A DNA stretch of 63,832 nt, counting the filler. It is 6 parts of 6 records of this genome, joined end to end, with 100 filler letters (N's around TTAATTAATTAA, not from the genome) between each part and the next. Parts side by side here need not be neighbours in the genome. Positions count along the whole stretch, not along the records: positions 1 to 6,556 come from SRR22947727_3729; positions 6,657 to 13,547 come from SRR22947727_3733; 4 more parts are not named here. The stretch is one strand, 5' to 3'. Each line of letters begins with the position of its first letter. The stretch's first letter is position 1. The position numbers and the translations under genes are program-made. The notes under the pieces are model-generated. The model searched no databases. It worked only from the letters and a program-made list of their open reading frames with translations, and was not told the DNA's origin. Shown one piece after another: positions 1 to 10,253 of the stretch.

Positions 1-2
1 AA

Positions 3-3000
3 AACTCTTCTTTATCCAATAATGAAGGAACATCTGGACAAATTTCTAAAAATACATTTGAACCCATTCAGAGTTCAGAAGTTTTAGAATTTGAATTGGC
101 AGCAGCATCAAATTTACCAAATAACCAAATTGATAATTCAATTGATTATGAACTATTAGATTCAAATATCAAAAAAACAGGAAATCTTGTAACACTAAAT
201 TATCAAAATGTTGGTTGGTTGGAACAACCTTTGGCAACTAGGGTTGAAAACGTAAATCCTTTCCACGTTGTAACTTATAATGGAAGTGTTAAATTGTCAC
301 CTTCTAGTGATAGTTGGGTTAGAACTATAAGACTTTCAAACAGAGCAGTAAGCAATAATAGAAGAGTTGCAGATCCAAATCGTAGAGGATCAACAACAAC
401 TAATGTATCTTCTAGAGATGTTTTAGTTTCTTCTGGAACCGATGTTTATATGCGTTCTAGAGGAGTTGAGTTTTTTGCTAGAAATTTAAAACCACTTACC
501 AAGTTCTACCAATTTTTGGATGGAAATGGATCTGTCAATTACGTTCCAAAACTTTTAGAAATTGCCAACGATGATTCCTTACAAAACTATGGAGCATCAA
601 CAGCATTTGAAATTGGAGAAACTGTAATTGGATATTCTCAAAATAAGTCTTTAATAAGATTTAGAGTTGCTTCTCCAAATCACAAAAAAGGAAAATATAA
701 TGATCCTTCAGAGACATTCAATATAAATCCTTATGTTAAGACTGAGAATATTCCATCAGCATACAGTTCATCATCCAAGGTTCTCAACGTAGATACTTTT
801 TCCCTTGCAGATAAATCTCAAGGGGCGTATGATGGATATGTGACAAAAGGAATGCTATTGGTTGGTCAGTCTAGCGGTGCAATTGCATACGTAAAAGATC
901 TCCGATTAATTAGTGATAATTATGGCGACTTAATTGGATCATTTTTCTTAAAAGATCCATATGGTTCTCCAACCCCAACAGTAAGAATAAGAACAGGAAC
1001 AAAAACCTATAAATTAACAAATAGTTCGACAAACGCAACCCCACTCCCAGGAAGTAAATTAATTTCCTCCGCAGAAGCATCATATAAGTCTAGTGGAAGA
1101 TTTGAAGTTAGACAAAGAGTAACCACAAGATCTACAGTTGAATTTTACGATCCTCTTGCCCAATCATTTAGCGTGGGTGGAAATGTTGAAGCACCAAATT
1201 TACTTGGACAAAACAATGATGATAATGGTGCATTTTTGACAGCAGTAGATTTATACTTTGCAAATAAACCAACTGGAAATGATGAGTTAAAGGTTGAATT
1301 GAGAACAGTTGAATTGGGAACTCCAACTAGAACTGTTGTAGGAAATCCAGTTATATTGAAACCAAGTGATATTACAACCTCAACAAATGGAGAAGTTGCA
1401 ACTACAGCAACATTTGATTATCCAATTTATCTTGCTCCAGGTAATGAATACGCCATAGTTTTAGTTGCAGAAACAACTGATGAATATGAGGTTTGGATTG
1501 CTGAGATGGGAGAAAAGACCGTCAATACTCAATCTCTTCCAGATGCAGAATCTGTAAGATATACAAAACAATTTGCTCTTGGAAGTCTGTTTAAATCCCA
1601 AAATGGATCAATTTGGACAGCAGATCAATATCAAGATTTGAAGTTTAAACTCTATAAGGCAAACTTCACATCATCGAAAGGAACAGCATATTTCTACAAT
1701 CCACCATTAAATGAATATAATACTGAAATTTTATCAAATAATCCATTATTAACATTGCCAAAACAAGTTACTGTAGGAATTGACACTATCACAGATACCA
1801 GTTTAATTGGAATATTGACGACTGGAAGAAAAATTTCTGGTTCGGAACCATATGTATATGGAACAGTTATTGGAACTGGATCATCGGTAGGAACTGTTAG
1901 CATTGCTTTCAGTGGAACAAATTATGTTGCAGATTCTGATGTTGAAACTTATGCAATTACAGGAAAAGGTTCTGGTTTAAAATTAAGTATCAATACTGAT
2001 GATACAGGAAGAATTATTGGAGTTCCTACAGCAATTGTTGCTGGAAATGGTTACTCTATCGGTGATGTTGTTGGTATTGTAACCTCATCAGTATCTTCTA
2101 ACACTGGAAGAAATGCTGTCATATCAATTGACTCCATTTCAGGATTAGATACCCTATACTTATCAAATGTTCAGGGAGATACTTTTACAGTTGGAGCGGC
2201 TTTAAGTTATTATAATAACAGCGGAACAGTTGTTTCTCTTGCATCAACAACAATTAGATCATACAGCAAAGAAACAAATCAATACTCTGGAAATTATTTA
2301 CAAGTAAGTCATTTCAATCATGCAATGTATGCCAATAATAATAAATTGGTAATATATGGTGCCGAATCAAATACTGCTCCAACTACTCTTTCTGCAAGAT
2401 TAGATTCTTCAGAAGTTTCAACAATTAGCGTCGGAAGCACCGCAAATCTAAACACATTTGAAGGAGTTGCTGTTAGTGCATCAAATCCAGGGTACGTAAT
2501 TATCAAACCTGGAGATGAAATCGTATCATATGATTCGGTCGGATCTGGAACTCTTACGATCAGCTCTGGTGGTAGAGGAATTGGAACATCCGTTGTAATG
2601 CCTCATGAAATTGGTTCTGAAGTTTATAAGTATGAATTAAATGGAGTATCTCTAAGAAGAATTAACACATCTCATGATATTAGTGATCTGGACATAAGAA
2701 TGGATAATTATTATGTTGAAATTGATAGATCTTCGAATGGAACTGATAGATCTTCAGATGGATCTGTTTCTGGAGCACCAGAGTTATCATTCACCAACGA
2801 ATCTTCTTTGGCAGGCAATTCTTGTAAAGTAACTAAGAATATTCAATTTACTGAGATAGTTCCCAATTTTGAAGTGTTTACTCCAGGTTCTAATACTTCA
2901 GCAACTGCAAATATTAGAACTATAACAGGAACTAGCGTTGATGGTACTGAAGTATCATTCCAAGATAATGGTTTTGAATCTATTGAATTAAATTCTTCAA

Positions 3001-3647
3001 ACTCTTTAGATTCTGTAAGAGTTGTTTGCTCCAAAGCAAATGAGGATGAATATTTAAATGGTCTGCCAAGAAATAAATCACTTACTATTGGCGTAACAAT
3101 GAGTAGTGATGATCCAAATCTTTCACCTTATCTATTTACGGACACATCAAATGTTGAGTTGAAAGCATATAGATTTAATAATCCCATTTTAGATTTTTCT
3201 AAAGACAATAGAGTAAATTCCATTGAAAATGATCCCCACGAAACAACATATGTTTCTAATGACATCACTTTAGCAAATCCAGCAACATCATTGAAAGTTA
3301 TACTTTCAGCATATAGACATGAATCTGCAGATATTAGAGTTTTATATAAACTTTTGAGAGCAGATTCTCAAGAAGTTACTCAAGAATTTGAATTATTCCC
3401 TGGATATGATAATATGACTGATACTGATAATGATGGATTTGGAGATAACGTTATTGATCCATCCAAGAATAGCGGAAGATCAGATGCTTTTGTTAGATCC
3501 AGTCTTGATGGAGAATTCTTAGAGTATCAGTTTACTGCTGATAATCTAGACTTGTTCACTGGATATGCCATTAAGATTATTCTCGCAGGAACTAATCAGG
3601 CATATGCACCTAAAATAAAAGAATTGAGAACAATTGCATTAAGATGA
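3..3647 (+). CDS. Large T4-like cyanophage virion structural protein (VrlC/DUF4815-like), 5'-truncated
   Basis: Frame is open from base 3. Motifs DPLAQSF, LGSLFKSQNGSIW and DLKFKLYKANF are typical of this myovirus protein. Lies upstream of the neck genes. Confidence 0.75.
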   Translation, partial: NSSLSNNEGTSGQISKNTFEPIQSSEVLEFELAAASNLPNNQIDNSIDYELLDSNIKKTGNLVTLNYQNVGWLEQPLATRVENVNPFHVVTYNGSVKLSPSSDSWVRTIRLSNRAVSNNRRVADPNRRGSTTTNVSSRDVLVSSGTDVYMRSRGVEFFARNLKPLTKFYQFLDGNGSVNYVPKLLEIANDDSLQNYGASTAFEIGETVIGYSQNKSLIRFRVASPNHKKGKYNDPSETFNINPYVKTENIPSAYSSSSKVLNVDTFSLADKSQGAYDGYVTKGMLLVGQSSGAIAYVKDLRLISDNYGDLIGSFFLKDPYGSPTPTVRIRTGTKTYKLTNSSTNATPLPGSKLISSAEASYKSSGRFEVRQRVTTRSTVEFYDPLAQSFSVGGNVEAPNLLGQNNDDNGAFLTAVDLYFANKPTGNDELKVELRTVELGTPTRTVVGNPVILKPSDITTSTNGEVATTATFDYPIYLAPGNEYAIVLVAETTDEYEVWIAEMGEKTVNTQSLPDAESVRYTKQFALGSLFKSQNGSIWTADQYQDLKFKLYKANFTSSKGTAYFYNPPLNEYNTEILSNNPLLTLPKQVTVGIDTITDTSLIGILTTGRKISGSEPYVYGTVIGTGSSVGTVSIAFSGTNYVADSDVETYAITGKGSGLKLSINTDDTGRIIGVPTAIVAGNGYSIGDVVGIVTSSVSSNTGRNAVISIDSISGLDTLYLSNVQGDTFTVGAALSYYNNSGTVVSLASTTIRSYSKETNQYSGNYLQVSHFNHAMYANNNKLVIYGAESNTAPTTLSARLDSSEVSTISVGSTANLNTFEGVAVSASNPGYVIIKPGDEIVSYDSVGSGTLTISSGGRGIGTSVVMPHEIGSEVYKYELNGVSLRRINTSHDISDLDIRMDNYYVEIDRSSNGTDRSSDGSVSGAPELSFTNESSLAGNSCKVTKNIQFTEIVPNFEVFTPGSNTSATANIRTITGTSVDGTEVSFQDNGFESIELNSSNSLDSVRVVCSKANEDEYLNGLPRNKSLTIGVTMSSDDPNLSPYLFTDTSNVELKAYRFNNPILDFSKDNRVNSIENDPHETTYVSNDITLANPATSLKVILSAYRHESADIRVLYKLLRADSQEVTQEFELFPGYDNMTDTDNDGFGDNVIDPSKNSGRSDAFVRSSLDGEFLEYQFTADNLDLFTGYAIKIILAGTNQAYAPKIKELRTIALR

Positions 3648-3844
3648 TAAGAGTTGAAGGGCATCCAAATCTATATCGGGATGAAAAAACAGGTGCTATT
3701 ATTAATTGCGATAGCACTGGATATCAAAATTATGTCAAGTCTTTGCGAAAAAAAGATTCTCAAAGACTTGAATTGGATAACATAAAAAAAGATATTGATG
3801 AAATTAAATCTCTACTAAAGGAGTTAATAAATGAAAGAAAATGA
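3644..3844 (+). CDS. Conserved small T4-like phage protein with C-terminal coiled coil
   Basis: 66 aa, RVEGHPNLYRDEKTGAIIN. ATGA-type overlap with the upstream gene. Confidence 0.7.
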   Translation: MIRVEGHPNLYRDEKTGAIINCDSTGYQNYVKSLRKKDSQRLELDNIKKDIDEIKSLLKELINERK

Positions 3845-3959
3845 AAAAGATCAAGAAAGTATAAATGAGAGTGAAATAGATCAAGAAATTAACAATGAAT
3901 CTAAAAATGAGACTAATTTGAGTAATCAAAGTCTTATTGGATTACTCCTGGATATTTAA
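3831..3959 (+). CDS. Possible 42-aa acidic micro-ORF
   Basis: ATG 3831 to TAA 3959 (MKENEKDQESINESEIDQEINNESK...), fills the intergenic gap; preceded by AAGGAG. Confidence 0.35.
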   Translation: MKENEKDQESINESEIDQEINNESKNETNLSNQSLIGLLLDI

Positions 3960-3961
3960 GA

Positions 3962-3969
3962 TATAAATA
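3962..3969 (+). promoter_or_regulatory. T4-type late promoter TATAAATA
   Basis: Exact gp55 consensus 28 nt upstream of the ATG at 3998, in front of structural genes. Confidence 0.7.
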
Positions 3970-3997
3970 TCTAAAGGTATACTATTCTATTCTAATA

Positions 3998-4333
3998 ATG
4001 GCGGTTTATGTATCTAACATAGTAATTGAACAGGGATATGATTTTGATACATCATTTCAATTGGAAGATACTAGAACAAATTCCTTTTTAAATTTGACAA
4101 ACTACAGTACTGAAGCAAAATTGAGAAAGCATTATGAAAGTGCTACTGCAGTTTCGTTTGGTTCAACTGTTACGAGTCCAGAATTGGGCATTATTTCCAT
4201 TTCTTTAACCTCAACGCAATCTTTAGAATTAAAACCTGGAAGATATGTCTTTGACGTGAAAATCACTACTCAGGGAAAAGATTTTAAAGCTGTTGAAGGA
4301 GCAGCGTTAGTAAGAGCAGGGGTAACTAGGTAA
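3998..4333 (+). CDS. Small virion structural protein (baseplate/BppU-like Ig fold)
   Basis: 111 aa, IEQG..F, LKPGRYVFDV and AVEG.ALVR.GVTR pattern common in cyanomyoviruses. Confidence 0.6.
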   Translation: MAVYVSNIVIEQGYDFDTSFQLEDTRTNSFLNLTNYSTEAKLRKHYESATAVSFGSTVTSPELGIISISLTSTQSLELKPGRYVFDVKITTQGKDFKAVEGAALVRAGVTR

Positions 4334-5292
4334 TGCCTAACATAAACGACAGGATCGGTTCTCAAAACGTTATAAGGGTATTATCCAATGCCTCTGCACC
4401 ACCGACTCGATTAGTAAACCTTACTGATGTCAATTCAACATTAAAAGATCAAGATGGAATGATCCTGGTTTGGGATCTTCCAACTGAAACATTTATAATG
4501 ACAAGCGTCATTGATAGATCGCTTGAAGTAGTAGGAATAGTAACTTTTTCAGATACAACAAATTCTCAACTACCAACTAATGGAGCATTAGTTGTTAGTG
4601 GTGGCGTAGGAATTGGTAAAAATTTAAATATCGGCGGCGATGTAACTATTGCCGGTATATCAACATTTTCTTCTAGAGTAGATATAAATGCTGTTTTAGA
4701 AGTATTAAATGCAGCATCATTTGAAGATAATTTTTCCGTATCTGGTATAACGACTTTAGCATCTTCTGGAGGGATAACTACCACTGGAGGAGATTTATAT
4801 GTAAAGTCTGATCTAAGAGTTGGAAATAATTTATTAGTAGATGGAACTTCAGAATTTATTGGAAATGCCACTTTTAGGGGTGGAACAATTGGAATTGGTG
4901 ATTCTGTAACTGATGATATTAATGTTGGTGGTGAATTTGTATCCAATTTAGTTCCAAATGATGATGATACTTATGATATTGGCATTACCACTCAAAGGTG
5001 GAGAAATGCAAGATTCTCTGGATTAACTACAACAGGTACATTAAATGTTTCTGGAGTATCAACATTTCAAAATAATGTCAATGTAACTGGATTTGTAACT
5101 GTCACTGATGGATTGTATTATGAGACTGGAGATTTTGATGGTCCAAATGGAATTGCATACTTTGATAATACTGGAAAATTAATAGGAGCAGCAAGCACTG
5201 AAGCAGGTATTAGCACTAGTAACTACGTTCTAACAACTAATGCTAGTGGAATACCTGTTTGGACCACCACTATAGATGGAGGTGCATTCTAA
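4333..5292 (+). CDS. Tail fibre-like protein
   Basis: Gly/Thr-rich beta repeats (GALVVSGGVGIGKNLNIGG, VSGITT); ends in IDGGAF. Confidence 0.6.
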   Translation: MPNINDRIGSQNVIRVLSNASAPPTRLVNLTDVNSTLKDQDGMILVWDLPTETFIMTSVIDRSLEVVGIVTFSDTTNSQLPTNGALVVSGGVGIGKNLNIGGDVTIAGISTFSSRVDINAVLEVLNAASFEDNFSVSGITTLASSGGITTTGGDLYVKSDLRVGNNLLVDGTSEFIGNATFRGGTIGIGDSVTDDINVGGEFVSNLVPNDDDTYDIGITTQRWRNARFSGLTTTGTLNVSGVSTFQNNVNVTGFVTVTDGLYYETGDFDGPNGIAYFDNTGKLIGAASTEAGISTSNYVLTTNASGIPVWTTTIDGGAF

Positions 5293-6131
5293 TGGCAAAA
5301 CCAACAACAAAACAAGAGTTAATTGATTACTGTCTAAGGAGACTGGGGGCACCTGTTTTAGAAATTAATGTTTCCGATGAACAGATAGATGATTTAGTTG
5401 ATGATGCCGTTCAATACTTCAATGAAAGACACTTTGATGGTGTTGAAAGAATGTATCTGAAGTATAAAATTACGGCAGATGACATTGAAAGGGGAAGGGG
5501 AAGCGGAACAAATGGCGTTGGTATTGTGACAACAACTGGAGAATCTACAATTGTTGGAACAGCAACAACTTTTAATTTTTATGAAACTTCAAATTACATA
5601 CAAGTTCCAGACTCTGTAATTGGCATAGAAAGAATTTTTAAATTTGATACCAGTGACATTTCTGGGGGAATGTTTAGTATAAAATATCAATTATTTTTAA
5701 ACGATCTATATTATTTCAATTCTGTAGAACTTTTACAGTATTCTATGGTTAAATCGTATTTGGAAGATATTGATTTCTTATTAACTACAGATAAACAGAT
5801 TAGATTTAATAAGAGACAAAATAGATTATATTTAGATATTGATTGGAAATCTGAAAGAGCAGATCAATTTTTAATTATTGATTGTTATAGAGCATTAGAT
5901 CCAGCATCTTTCACCAAAGTATATAATGATAGTTTTCTTAAGAAATATTTGACTTCACTTATAAAAAGACAATGGGGTCAAAATCTAATTAAGTTCCAAG
6001 GTGTTAAACTGCCAGGCGGAATTGAGTTAAATGGTAGACAATTATATGAAGATGCAGAGAGAGAATTAGAAGCAATAAAACAAACAATGTCCCTAGAGTA
6101 TGAATTGCCTCCATTAGATTTTATTGGTTGA
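5292..6131 (+). CDS. Neck protein gp13 (T4-like)
   Basis: MAKPTTKQELIDYCLRRLGAPVLEINV and KRQWGQNLIKFQGVKLPGGIELNG. Likely start is ATG 5292. Confidence 0.92.
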   Translation: MAKPTTKQELIDYCLRRLGAPVLEINVSDEQIDDLVDDAVQYFNERHFDGVERMYLKYKITADDIERGRGSGTNGVGIVTTTGESTIVGTATTFNFYETSNYIQVPDSVIGIERIFKFDTSDISGGMFSIKYQLFLNDLYYFNSVELLQYSMVKSYLEDIDFLLTTDKQIRFNKRQNRLYLDIDWKSERADQFLIIDCYRALDPASFTKVYNDSFLKKYLTSLIKRQWGQNLIKFQGVKLPGGIELNGRQLYEDAERELEAIKQTMSLEYELPPLDFIG

Positions 6132-6136
6132 TAGTT

Positions 6137-6556
6137 ATGACATTAAATCCGTTTTTCTTACAAGGTAGCACTACTGAACAATTTTTGATTCAGGATTTAA
6201 TCAATGAGCAGCTAAAAATATATGGGATTGAAATATATTATCTACCAAGAAAAATATTTAAAACTGATAATATAATTGAAGAAATTCAATCTTCAAAATT
6301 TGATGATTCTTTTTTGATAGAAGCATATCTCAATAATTATGATGGATATGCTCCAGGAAGCGATCTGATGACAAAATTTGGATTGAGATTGCAAAATGAA
6401 GTTAGTTTAACAATTTCAAGGGAAAGATTTGAAGAATTTATTACACCATTTTTGGAAGGTATTTCATCAGGAATTAGAGAAGGTAGAATTACAGAATATG
6501 ACTTTGCAGATTTAATTACAAGACCAAAAGAAGGAGATTTGATTTATTTTCCTCTT
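6137..6556 (+). CDS. Neck protein gp14 (T4-like), 3'-truncated
   Basis: LNPFFLQGS..EQFLIQDLINEQLKIYG, KFGL and RPKEGDLIYFPL; follows gp13. Confidence 0.9.
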
Positions 6557-6656
6557 NNNNNNNNNNNNNNNNNNNNNNNNNNNNNNNNNNNNNNNNNNNN
6601 TTAATTAATTAANNNNNNNNNNNNNNNNNNNNNNNNNNNNNNNNNNNNNNNNNNNN
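6557..6656. other. Artificial contig linker (also at 13548-13647, 36817-36916, 44327-44426, 58387-58486)
   Basis: Identical N-run/TTAATTAATTAA/N-run with stops in all six frames. Gene content changes abruptly across each linker. Confidence 0.98.
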
Positions 6657-7250
6657 AATAATATTGAAAGCATAAAAGGTTTCATGCCGAGTCATGAGGG
6701 AGAGGCTCTATATAGTTGGGCTAATAAATTTTGTCTTAAAGGCCCTGTTATAGAAATAGGAACATACTGTGGCAAATCAACTATCTATCTAGCTCATGGT
6801 GCGCTTGAAGCTGATGAGATTGTTTATACAATTGATCATCATAGTGGTTCAGAAGAACATCAGATAAAGGAGGAATATTTTGATAGTGATGTTTATGATC
6901 AGTCAATTAATAGAGTCAATACATTTCCATTATTTTTAGAAAATATTAAAAATTATAATTTAGAAAATGTCGTACCAATAGTTGCTTCTTCTCTAATTAC
7001 TTCAAAATCATGGCAAACGTCAGCTGGTCTTATTTTTATTGATGGAGGCCATTCCATGGACTCAGCTCTAAGCGACTATAATTCATGGGCAAAGCATGTT
7101 GTTACTGGGGGAGCATTAGTTATTCATGATATTTATGAAGATCCAGAAAAAGGAGGTCAGGCTCCATATGAAATTTATAAAATAGCTTTGCAAAATGGAT
7201 TCGTAGAATACGAAAGAGTAGATACTATAGTTTGTCTAGTAAAGGTCTGA
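6657..7250 (+). CDS. Class I SAM methyltransferase (Methyltransf_24-like), 5'-truncated
   Basis: Frame open from 6657. KGFMP..EG, IEIGTYCGKST, IDHHSGSEEHQ, IFIDGGH, LVIHD. Confidence 0.85.
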   Translation, partial: NNIESIKGFMPSHEGEALYSWANKFCLKGPVIEIGTYCGKSTIYLAHGALEADEIVYTIDHHSGSEEHQIKEEYFDSDVYDQSINRVNTFPLFLENIKNYNLENVVPIVASSLITSKSWQTSAGLIFIDGGHSMDSALSDYNSWAKHVVTGGALVIHDIYEDPEKGGQAPYEIYKIALQNGFVEYERVDTIVCLVKV

Positions 7251-8291
7251 TTGATTTTCAAGAAAAAGGTTAAATCCTTTTGTGAATTCAAATATTGTAT
7301 CTGCTGCCAAGAGTACCGCAGCAGAGGTCCAGGTAGGCCTCTCATCTGGCCAAAAAATATTTTCAGAATGCTGCCATCCCATATATGGAATATTTTTTTC
7401 ATCAGATATTCTTAAGGACTCAGTAAAGATTTTTTTTGCTAATTTTTTATTCTTTGCCATAACAAGCGCAATAATAAATTCATTTGTCTCTGCAACAGTT
7501 ATCCATGGCTCCTCTTGCACACACCTTATTCCGAGACCTTCATCATAAAAATTATCTAAAGTATTTTTAATATGTTTTTCAATTTCATTACTAGAAAGAC
7601 ACCCTGACAATACTGGGTAGTATGAGTCCATTGAGAAATTTGATCGATCTTTCTGAAGGTCAAATAAGCCAAATGGCTTTCTAATAGCCTTTGATAATAA
7701 TTTATAAGAATTTATCCATTTATCTTGATTCTTGTAACCTAAAATCTTTCCTATAGCTATTGCACAATCAATGCCTTTAAGAATAGAGCTCGATCCGGTT
7801 AATAAATAGTCTCTTTCTATATTTCCACTATGATCGATAGACCAAGGTATGGTGCCATTTTTAATTTGGAATGAGAGTGAAAAGTTAATGGCTTTTTCTA
7901 AAGTAGGCCACAAAATTTTTAAAAACTCTTTATTAGAAAAAATCTTATAGTAATGCAAAAGCCCAATTGATATATAAGGTGAAAAATGGGTAGGTTTATT
8001 TTTTTCAAGTACGCTTCCATCATTTGCATACTTCGCATACCAACTTCCGTCCTTATTCTGATTCGATTTAAGCCATAGAAAAGCTTTTTCAGATTTCTCC
8101 ATATCTCCTATAAAATTTATAGCAGTTATTGATTCTATGAAATCCCATGGATCAAACGAGCCATCTGCATTTGATGGAATGGTGCCATTATCATTCTGTG
8201 ATTTAAGAACGTACTCTCCTATATGGTTAAAAAAAGACTTATCTTTTAAAGATTCGATCTCAAAGAGTTCTTTTGTTGGGAAAAATATCAT
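7236..8291 (-). CDS. Alpha/alpha-toroid protein (annotated as prenyltransferase-like; probable glycoside hydrolase, MmpH-like)
   Basis: QNDNGTIP, DPWDFIE, QNKDGSW, FSMDSYYPVL, WITVAET and WP.ERPTWTSAAV motifs; cluster context. Confidence 0.6.
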   Translation of the reverse strand: MIFFPTKELFEIESLKDKSFFNHIGEYVLKSQNDNGTIPSNADGSFDPWDFIESITAINFIGDMEKSEKAFLWLKSNQNKDGSWYAKYANDGSVLEKNKPTHFSPYISIGLLHYYKIFSNKEFLKILWPTLEKAINFSLSFQIKNGTIPWSIDHSGNIERDYLLTGSSSILKGIDCAIAIGKILGYKNQDKWINSYKLLSKAIRKPFGLFDLQKDRSNFSMDSYYPVLSGCLSSNEIEKHIKNTLDNFYDEGLGIRCVQEEPWITVAETNEFIIALVMAKNKKLAKKIFTESLRISDEKNIPYMGWQHSENIFWPDERPTWTSAAVLLAADTIFEFTKGFNLFLENQSDLY

Positions 8292-8998
8292 TCTTTTTTC
8301 TCGAAATACAAAGCCAAACTTTTTCCTAGGAATGGATTGAGGGCCTTATCAATTAAATCAATATAAAAAGGTTTCTGCAGTATATGTTTTTCTAAGATTC
8401 TCTTATAAATTTTAATAAAGAAATTATTGTCCTGATTTTTCCAGAATATGCATCTAAGCCACCAGTAAGGGCTATGAATAGAATGAAATCTTTCTGATCT
8501 TTTAAACACAAATCCTGCTTTTTTCACATCATCAATAATACCTTTTTTCTTGAATATTCTTACATGGCCTCCTGGCATATTCTGATACTCACCAGATATC
8601 ATCCAGCAAATTTTTTCTGGCCAATAAGATGGCACGCTAGCAAGAAATTTACCTCCAGGCTTTAAGACTCTATAAATTTCATCTAAAGCCAAATGATACT
8701 CATCAAGATGCTCAAGAACTTCTGAGCATATAACTAAGTCCAGAGAATTTGATGGAATAGGGAGTGAGTATGCTGATCCCTTTATGAAACTTGCGCCTTG
8801 ATTTGAAATTGATTTAAAAAATTCATACCCCTCCCTAGCCTTATCAAGTGATAGGTCATCCATATCCAAACCCATGCAAAAGGTATTATTAAAATTCTGC
8901 ATCACTCCAAAGACATGTCTGCCCTCGCCGCATCCAATATCGAGCATCGCACTGTTACCTTTAGGTAAGGTTATTTTGTTAAAGTTAAATGTGAGCAT
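8288..8998 (-). CDS. SAM-dependent methyltransferase (MeT1-like)
   Basis: MLTFNF, LDIGCGEGRH, CSEVLEH, GGHVRIF and HSPYWWL.C. Confidence 0.8.
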   Translation of the reverse strand: MLTFNFNKITLPKGNSAMLDIGCGEGRHVFGVMQNFNNTFCMGLDMDDLSLDKAREGYEFFKSISNQGASFIKGSAYSLPIPSNSLDLVICSEVLEHLDEYHLALDEIYRVLKPGGKFLASVPSYWPEKICWMISGEYQNMPGGHVRIFKKKGIIDDVKKAGFVFKRSERFHSIHSPYWWLRCIFWKNQDNNFFIKIYKRILEKHILQKPFYIDLIDKALNPFLGKSLALYFEKKE

Positions 8999-10253
8999 TT
9001 TGATTAAAATCTTTTATGTTATTAATTATTATGTCTTCGTATTGTTTTGATATCTTGCTCCAATTGAACTGACGAATTACATGCTCTCTTCCTTGAATAG
9101 CTTTATATTTATATTCCTCATAATTATTTAGTACGTCTTTTATAGAGTTGGCAAGAGAATTACTATTCCTAGCTTCTATTAAAGTAGCGTAATCATCAAC
9201 AAGCTCGGGTATAGAGGAGGTTTTAGCAGCAATTAATGGTGTTGCACAACTCATAGCCTCTATGACGGGGTAGCCGAACCCTTCGTATAATGAGCTAACT
9301 ATAGCTACTGAGCTTTTTGCGTACTCAATAGATATTTCTTCTTTTGTTAAGTTTGTCTTGAAATGTACTCTGCTATTAAGATTTAACTTCTTCATAAGCC
9401 TTGATGTATGACCGTCAACTCTCATTTTTCCAATAACAATTAATTCGATATCAATATCTTTCTTAAGCTCTGCAACTGCTTGAAGTGTAAAATCTAGTCC
9501 CTTGAGGGGAACATCTGCACTTGCAGTAGTGATTAGTCTATATTTATTACGTCTTATATTTTCATGTGGTCTAAATATATTTGTATCCAAGCCATTATGT
9601 ACAACAGAAATATTTCTTTCATCACAGTGAAAGTCGTTCACAATATCTCTCTTGGAACTCATAGAAACAGTTATAATTTTATTTATTTGTGGAGCTACTT
9701 TTTTTTGCATTTTTAGAAATGAGTACCACCTTTTCCTAGAAAGCCAATACAGGAATTTGCTGTTTGTCTCCAAATCATGCTTTAAATCCATTGTTATTGG
9801 ATGATGGATAATCTCTATAAAAGGAAATCTCTTTTGTATAGCTAGCATTCCATAGCTAAGAGACTGATTGTCGATAATAATATCGTAATGATTGTTTGCC
9901 TCAAGGAAGCTATCCACCCTCTTTCCAAATGAACGCATTTCAGGAAATCCTCCAAGAAGTGTGGATACAAACTCTTGAATATTAATAACACTTATAGGGT
10001 TTGTGACAAATTTCTTTAATCTATCCCTAAAACTAAATGTCTCAAAAAGATTCATACCGGGAAGTTTGATAAGTCTCACGCCTGAATAAAGTTCTGGGTA
10101 TGGCTCACCTGAAATAACATCTACTGTGTGGCCTAAAGAGGAAAGAGCTTGTGAAATATCTCTTACGTATATACCTTGACCTCCTCCAAATGGAGCAGAT
10201 CGATAACTTAAAATACCTATTTTAAGTTTAGTCACGAGCCAGTAGGTTTGCAT
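8985..10253 (-). CDS. GT4 glycosyltransferase (ManT-like)
   Basis: KIGILSYRS..GGGQGIYV, SG.PYP, ASADVPLKG and SLYEGFG.P..EAMSC. Confidence 0.85.
   Translation of the reverse strand: MQTYWLVTKLKIGILSYRSAPFGGGQGIYVRDISQALSSLGHTVDVISGEPYPELYSGVRLIKLPGMNLFETFSFRDRLKKFVTNPISVINIQEFVSTLLGGFPEMRSFGKRVDSFLEANNHYDIIIDNQSLSYGMLAIQKRFPFIEIIHHPITMDLKHDLETNSKFLYWLSRKRWYSFLKMQKKVAPQINKIITVSMSSKRDIVNDFHCDERNISVVHNGLDTNIFRPHENIRRNKYRLITTASADVPLKGLDFTLQAVAELKKDIDIELIVIGKMRVDGHTSRLMKKLNLNSRVHFKTNLTKEEISIEYAKSSVAIVSSLYEGFGYPVIEAMSCATPLIAAKTSSIPELVDDYATLIEARNSNSLANSIKDVLNNYEEYKYKAIQGREHVIRQFNWSKISKQYEDIIINNIKDFNQNAHI

Noticed and set aside
6557-6656. TTAATTAATTAA palindromic repeat recurring five times
   Set aside because: Artificial scaffold linker within N runs. 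For the same reason, cross-contig links (the two split polymerases, the two MycE-like methyltransferases) were not treated as one system.
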